Shown: positions 35,065 to 41,839 of the stretch, piece after piece
How the letters are laid out: each line of letters starts with the position of its first letter
How positions within the stretch are numbered: position 1 is the first letter of the stretch
Origin: Malacoraja senta
Taxonomy: Eukaryota
Assembly (NCBI GenBank): GCA_038087875.1
Contig: JAXLNO010000104.1
Coordinates: 186,001-227,839, forward strand
Length of the DNA stretch: 41,839 bases
Direction of reading: 5' to 3'
Position numbers and translations under genes: made by a program
Notes under the pieces: model-generated
The model's database searches: none
What the model was told of the DNA's origin: nothing
What the model saw: the letters and a program-made list of their open reading frames with translations, nothing else

Positions 35065-36560
35065 TTCAATGCGAGAGGATTTGAGTTTAGGAGCAAGGAG
35101 GTTCTACTGCAGTCGTACAGGGCCCGGTGAGACTGCACCTGGAGAATGTGTGCAATTTTGGTCTCCTAATTTGAGGAAGGACATTCTTGCTAATGAGGGA
35201 GTGCAGCGTGGGTTTTAACAGGTTAATTCCCGGGATGGCGGGACTGACATATGATGAAAGAATGGGTCGACTGTTCTTGCATTCGCTGGAGGTTAGAACG
35301 ATGAGGGGGGCTCTTATACTGTAAACATATAAAATTCTTAGAGGATTGAACAGGCTAGATGCAGGAAAAATGTTCTGATATTTGGGGAGTCCAGAACCTG
35401 GGGTCACAGTTTAAGAATAAGGGGTAAGCCATTTAGGACAGTGATGAGGATAAACTTTTTCACGCAGAGAGTTGTGAATGTGTGGAATTCTCTGCCACAG
35501 AAGGCAGTGGAGGCCAATTCACCAAATGTTTTCAAGACAGAATTACGTTTTGCTCTTTGGGCTAAGGGAATCAAGGGATATGGGGGAAAAGCCGGAACGG
35601 TCGAATGATTTTGGAGGATCAGCCAAAATCTGGGTCAAAGGGCTGAATGGTTGCGGTTCAGTTGCGATCTAGTATCAGAATTATTAACATATTAATTATC
35701 CTCATTTCTGAACCTGAACTACATGCCATTGTATACTGAGAGCCTCCCTCGTATTCCACAACCCCAGATGTAAAACAGGTACATTTAGTTCTGTCTTCAC
35801 CAAGGGACACACAAGCAATCTCCCATAACAACTAGTGGACCAAGGATCTACCGGGAAGGAGGGACTGAAGAAAATCCACATTAGTCCACCAGGAAATGGT
35901 GTTATGCAAACTGTTGAGACTGAAGGCAGATAAATCCCCAGGGCCTGATGGTCTGCATCCCAGAGTACTCAAGGAGTGGTCCGCGAAATCGTGGATGCAT
36001 CAGTGGTTATTTTCCAATGTTCTGTAGACTCTGGATCAGTTCCGGTGGACAGGAGGGTAGCGAATGTAAGCCCACTTTTTAAGAAAGGAGGGAAAGAGAA
36101 AACAGGGAATTATAGACCAGTTAGCCTGACGTTGGTAGTGCGGAAGATGCCTCAATCGATTGTTAAGGATGTAACAACATTTGGAATGTAGTAATAGGAT
36201 CGGTCAAAGTCAGCATGGATTTATGAAGGGGAATTCATGCTTGACTAATCTTCTGGAATTTATTGAGGATGTAACAAGTAGAATGGATAAGGGAGAGCCA
36301 GTGGATGTGGTGGATCTAGACTTTCAAAAAGCCTTTGACAAGGTCCCACAAAAGAGATTAGTGTGCAAAACTAGAACACATGGTATTGGGACAAGGGTAT
36401 TGACATGGATACAAAACTGATTGGCAGACAGGAAGCAAAGAGTAGGAATGAACGGGTCCTTTTCAGAATGGCAGGCAGGAATTAGTGGGGTGCCGGAAGA
36501 CTTAGTGCTGGGACCCCAGATACTTATAATATTTATTGACGATTTAGACGAAGGAATTAC
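35065..36560 (+). mobile_element. CR1 ORF2 fragments (35065-35620 and 35790-36560)
   Basis: GNYRPVSLT, SQHGFMKGNSCLTNL, LDFQKAFDKVP and GVP...LGP motifs with stops and frameshifts. Confidence 0.85.
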
Positions 36561-36649
36561 AACTGGGCTGGCGGGCAGGTCGATGACAGATCACATGAGT
36601 GATAACGGAACCGGTGATTACAGTGCTGTGCAAATGTTCATGAGAACAA

Positions 36650-37170
36650 CAGGGAAACAGGCCCTTCGGCCCGATTCATCCATGCAGATCGAGATGCCTA
36701 TGATGTGAATGAGATTACAAGTGATCTCATTCACGTGTATTTGTCTCATATCCCTCCATTCCTATCCGAGACAAACGGCTGTCCAAATGCTGTTTATTTG
36801 CTGTGACGGTATCTGCCCCCACCACCACTTATGAAGAGATTGCTCCACCTTTGGTGTGGAATACCTGCCTGCCCATCAGTCTTCCCTTAAATCTTTCCCC
36901 TTTCCAATAAACTGTAGTTGTGTGGGTTTAGATTCTCCCAGCCTGGGAAATAACTGTCACCATCTACTCAATCCTGCTGTAGTTGACATCATTTCACAAG
37001 CCTCTGTAAGGTCGCCCCTCAGTATTCTTGCTCCAAAGAGACCAATCCCACCCGATCGAATCTGTCTTCTAAACTAACGCTGTCCATTCCAGATAACATC
37101 CTGGTGAATCTGTTCCGCACTGCCTCTGGCAATAGGACATCATTTCCATAATCTGATGACCAGAACTATA
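36650..37170 (-). mobile_element. Highly degraded CR1 3' fragment
   Basis: aacaggcccttcggccc tail and acatcctggtgaatct..gaccagaact remnants. Confidence 0.5.
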
Positions 37171-37239
37171 CAAAAGGGCCTGGCAGATATTTGAAGTACA
37201 ACTGAGGAGAGCGAGTTCTACACTTGGAGGAGCAGTGAA

Positions 37240-37985
37240 GTCTTTGGTGGCAAAAACAGGAAAGTATACTATTATTTGAATGGTGGCCGATTAGGAAAAC
37301 GGGAGATGCAACGAGACCTGGGTACACCAGTCATTGAAAGTAGGCGTGCAGGTGCAACAGGCAGTGAAGAAAGCGAATGGTATGTTAGCATTCATAGCAA
37401 AAGGATTTGAGTATAAGAGCAGGGAAGTTCTACTGCAGTTGTACAGGGTCTTGGTGAGACCACACCTGGAGTATTGCGTACAGTTTTGGTCTCCTAATCT
37501 GAGGAAAGACATTCTTGCCGTAGAGGGAGTACAGAGAAGGTTCACCAGACTGATTCCTGGGATGGCAGGACTTTCATATGAAGAAAGACTGGATAGACTG
37601 GATAGACTCGGCTTGTACTCGCTAGAATTTAGAAGATTGAAGTGGAATCTTATAAAAATTGCAAAATTCTTAAGGGGTTGGGCAGGCTAGATGCAGGAAA
37701 CATGGTGAAACCAGAACCAGGGGCCACAGTTTATGGAGTAAGCCATTGAGAACGGAGATGTGGAAACACTTTTTCTCACAGAGAGTGGCGAGTCTGTGGA
37801 ATTCTCTGCCTCAGAGGGCGGTGGAGGCCGGTTTTCTGGTTGCTTTCAAGAGAGAGCTAGATAGGGTTCTTAAAAATAGCAGAGGGGATATGGGGAGAAG
37901 GCAGGAACGGGGTACTGATTGGGGATGATCAGCCATGATCACATTGAATGGCGGTGCTGGCTGGAAGGGCCGAATGGCCTCCTCC
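37240..37985 (+). mobile_element. CR1 ORF2 C-terminus and 3' UTR
   Basis: ORF 37334-37690 (KKANGMLAFI...LVRPHLEYCVQFWSP); 3' end gggccgaatggcctcctcct. Confidence 0.88.
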
Positions 37986-38014
37986 TCCTCCTCCTCCTCC
38001 ACCTGTGGTCTATT

Positions 38015-38100
38015 GTGTAAAATGCTGGAGTAACTCAGCGGGACTGGGCTGTATCTGTGGAGAACAAGGGATGGTGACGTATTGGAACCTTCTTCAGTGA
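38015..38100 (-). mobile_element. Penelope pseudo-LTR remnant
   Basis: aaaatgctggagtaactcagcggga...ggtgacgt...ccttcttcag, the same family as 23650-23780. Confidence 0.65.
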
Positions 38101-38136
38101 TGAGGGGGGGGGGACTGGTTCATTGTCACAGGGAAG

Positions 38137-38250
38137 ACTACAATTCCCAGGGGGCATTGCGCTGACGTCACGTAGGCGGCAATCTATGGGCGGAGGTCGA
38201 CGCGATGATGTCACGACGCAGGGACCCAGGAGCCAAGATGGCGGCGGCTC
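38137..38250 (+). promoter_or_regulatory. CpG-rich promoter module: ZNF143/THAP11-type site, CRE, GC box, CRE-like site, YY1 site
   Basis: ACTACAATTCCCAGGGGGCATTGCG 38137-38161; TGACGTCA 38163-38170; GGGCGG 38188-38193; TGATGTCA 38206-38213; CAAGATGGCGGC 38234-38245. Confidence 0.75.
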
Positions 38251-38259
38251 CTCTGTCCC

Positions 38260-40845
38260 CCCCTTTGTCTGTCACTGTCTCTCTCTATCTATCTATCTCG
38301 TTCTCCCTCACTGTCCCTCCCTCTATCTCTCCCCCTCACTCTCTCTCTCACTCTCTGTCTAGCATTATCCGTCTATATTTTCCCTCACTCTCTCTCTCTA
38401 TCTATTTCTCTCTCTCCCCCTCCCCCACTCTCCATATCTCTCCCTGTCTCTCGCTATCTCTCCATTTCTCTCTCCCCCTCTCTCTTCCCCTCTGTCCACC
38501 CTTCTCCCACCCACTCTCCCTCCCCTCTCTCTCTCTGCTCCCCCCCTCTCCCTCACCCGGCACTCTATCCTCTCGCCCTCTCTTTCTCACTCCCTCAGGA
38601 AGAGAGCTCTCCTCCCTCTCTCTCCCCTCTCCCCTCACTCTCTCTCCCTCTCTCTCCCCTCTCCCCTCCTCTCTCTCCCCTCTCTCTCTCCCCCTTCTCT
38701 CACCCCTCTCTCCCCCTCTCTCTCCCCTCTCTCTCTTCCCCTCTCTCTCCCCTCTCCACCTCTCACCCCATCTGCCTCCCCGCTCTATCTGTCTCCCTTT
38801 CTCCCTATCGCCCTCTCCCTACCCCCCCTCACCCCCCTCTCTCTCTCTCCCCTCTCTCTTCCCCTCTCTCTCTACCCCTCTCTCCCCCTCTCTCCCCCTC
38901 TCTTCCTTCCCCTCGCTCCCCCCTCTCTCTCTCTGTCTCCCTCTCTCCCCTCACTATCTCCTCTCTCACTCCCCCCTCTCTGGTCCCCTCCCTCTCCCCT
39001 CTCTCTCTTCCTGTGTCTCTCTCGCCGCCTCTCTCTCCCCCCGCTCTCACCCCATTTATCTCTCTCTCTCCCCTCTCTATATATTCTCCCCTACTCTCTC
39101 CCCATCTCTCTCTCTCCGTCTCTCTCTTTGTCCGTCTCTCTCTCTCCCGTCTCTCTCTCTCCGCATCTCTCTCCACCTCTCCCCCTCTCCCCATCTTTCT
39201 CTCTCCTATCTCTCTCACCCTCTCGATCCCCCATCTCTCTCTCTCTCCCTCCCTCTCTCTCTCCCCCTCTCCACCTCTGTCTCTGCCCCTCTAACTATCT
39301 GCCCCCTCTCTCTCTTCTCTCTCTCCACTATCTCTCCCTCGCTCCCCTCTCTCTCTTCCCTCCCTCTCCCCACTCTCCCTCTCTCTCTCTCTCTCCCCTC
39401 TCTATCTCCCACTCTCTCTCTCCCCCCTCTCCCTCTCTCCCACCACTCTCTGTCTCTCCCCCCCTTTCTCTCCCCCTTTCTGTCTCTCCCCTCTCTCTAC
39501 CCCTCTCTCCTGTCTCTCTATCTCCCCGTCTCTCTCCCCTCTCTACCCCTCTCTCCCTGTCTCTCTCTCTCCGTCTCTCTCTCCCGTCTCTCTCTCTCGC
39601 ATCTCTCTCCACCTCTCCCCCTCTCTCTCACTTCTCTCTCTCCCCCTCCGTCTCTCCCTCTCACTCCCCCACTCTCTCCCCCCTCTCTCTCCCCCCTCTC
39701 TCCTCTCCCCCTCCCCCACCCCCTCTCCCTCTTACCCCTTCTCTCTCTCCCCTATCACTCCTCAGCTCTCTCCATTTCTTCCCCTCTCAACCCCCCTCTC
39801 TCTCTCCGCTCTCTCTCTAACTTTCTCCACTATCTCTCTCCCCCTATCTCTCTCCCCCCTCTCTCTCCCATCAGAATAGAATGCTATTTATTAGAATGCT
39901 ATTTATTGTCATTCAAACGCTAGGCTTGAACGAAATATAATTTACTACTTTTTTTACATTACAAAAAAAAACAAGACCCAAACTTAACACAGTTTACATA
40001 AACATCCATCACAGTGAGTCTCCAACACCTCCTCGCTGTGATGGAAGGCAAAGTCTTATCTCTTCCCTTTATTCTACCCTTCACTCTCTCCTTCTCACTT
40101 TCAATCTCTTTGCCATCTCTCTGTCCCCCACTCCCACCTTTCTCTCTCCCCTCTCTCTCTACCCCTCTCCTGTCTCCTCTCCCCCTCTCACTCTCTCTCC
40201 CCTCTCTCCCCCCTCTGTCTCTCCCTCTCTCTCTCGCCAGTCTCTCTCCTCTCTCTCCTCCTCTCTCCCATCTCTCACCGCCTCTCTCTCACTCCACTCT
40301 CTCTCTCCCCGTTCTCTCTCCTCCCTCTCTCCCGCATTCGCTCCCTCTCTCTCTCCCCCTCCCTCCCCTCTCTCTCTCCCCCTCTCTCTCTCCCCCTCTC
40401 TCTCTCCCCTCTCTCTCCCCCCTCTCTCTCCCCCCTCCTCTCTCATCTCTCTCTCCCCCTCTCTCTCTCTCTCTCTCTCCTCTCTCTCTCATCCCATCTA
40501 TCTCTCATCTATCTCCTCTCCCTCACCCTCCTCTCCCCCTCTCTCTCTCCCATCTCTCTCTGTCCCCTCTCTCTCCTTTCTTCCCCTCTCCCCTCTCTCC
40601 CCCTCTCCCTCTCTCCCCATCTCTCTCACCCCCTCTATATGTCTCCACTTCTCTCTCCCCATCTCTCTCTCTCTCCGTCTCTCTCCTCCACTTTCTCTCC
40701 ACCCCTATCTCTCTCTGCCCTCTCTATCCCCCTCTCTCCCCATCGCTCTCCTATCTCTCTCCCCCCCTCTCTCTCCCAATCTCTCTCTCCATGTCTCTTT
40801 TAATCTCTCGCTAGCTCTCTCTCTCTCTCTCCCCCTCTCTCTCCC
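38260..40845. repeat. (CT)n-rich polypyrimidine low-complexity tract, ~2.6 kb, interrupted at 39871-40075
   Basis: Seen directly. Confidence 0.95.
39871..40075 (-). mobile_element. Probable retroelement 3' end inserted in the CT tract
   Basis: Minus-strand AATAAA with (TTCTA)-like tail, local 15-bp duplication tagaatgctatttat, hairpin ccatcacagtgag...ctcgctgtgatgg. Confidence 0.5.
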
Positions 40846-41839
40846 CCACAAACACACACACGCATTCAAACACACACACACACACATTCATACACACACA
40901 TTCACGCACACACACACATACACACATTCACACACACACAAACACACACACGCATTCACACACACATTCACACACACACATACATACACATTCACACACA
41001 CACACACATTCACACACACACACACATACACTCACACACAAATTCACACACACACACACATTCACACACATTCACACACACATTCACACACACACATTCA
41101 CACACACACATTAACACACACATTCTAACACACACATTCTCACACACACACACATTCTCACACACACACACACACATTCACACACACACACACACACATT
41201 CACACACAAACACACATTCACATATACAAATTCACACACACACATTCACACATTCACACACACACACACATATTCACATATTCACACATACACACACATT
41301 CACACACACACACACACATTCACACATTCACACACACACACACACATTCACACAAAAACACACATTCATACACACAAGCATTCACACACACACACACTCA
41401 CACACACACACACACACACATTCACACACACACACATTCACACACACACACACATTCACACACTCACATTCACATTCACACACACACATCCACACACACA
41501 CACAATCATACACACACACATTCACACACACACATTCACGCACACACACACACATACATTCGCACACACACACATTCACACACACATTCACACACACACA
41601 CATTCACACACACACACATATAAACACACACACGCATTCACACACACACACACATATAAACACACACACGCATTCAAACACACACACACACACACACACA
41701 TTTACACACACACACACACGCATTCACACACACACAAACATTCACACACACACGCACATTCATACACACACACATTCATGCACACACACACATTCACACA
41801 TTCACACACACACATTCACACACACTCACACGCACACTC
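40846..41839. repeat. Degenerate (CA)n / CACATT microsatellite running to the window end
   Basis: Seen directly. Confidence 0.97.

Noticed and set aside
38205..39923. 572-aa Ser/Leu/Pro ORF starting at the promoter module
   Set aside because: Open only because the CT tract lacks stop codons; no domain-like content.

Overview
Vertebrate, repeat-dominated DNA. The retroelement mix (CR1 with (CATAGAAA)n tails, Penelope-like elements, a V-SINE core, Rex1/Babar, L2) suggests a cartilaginous fish, probably a skate or ray; this is inference. No host protein-coding exon was recognised. The centre is a nested stack: a 5'-truncated L2-group LINE (8238-21220) is split by a full-length, nearly intact L1 (8792-15390; ORF1 intact, ORF2 with one frameshift) and by a structurally complete but decayed DIRS1-type retrotransposon (15643-20665; ITRs, ICR, gag/RT/RNase H/methyltransferase/tyrosine recombinase), which itself carries a short L2-tailed insertion. 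Other structure: a TSD-flanked Penelope-like element with a hammerhead-like motif (574-1771), a 2.43-kb tandem duplication (21394-26261), a ~30-kb-offset segmental duplication (1-6000 vs 31000-35010), a ~210-bp-arm fold-back (34087-34520), long CT- and CA-rich simple repeats, and an orphan CpG-rich promoter module (ZNF143/CRE/GC box/YY1, 38137-38250). The most novel-looking candidates are a duplicated structured element in the L1 inter-ORF spacer, possible splice signals in the DIRS element, and the orphan promoter. All alignments and folds were done by eye, so boundaries of degraded repeats are approximate.
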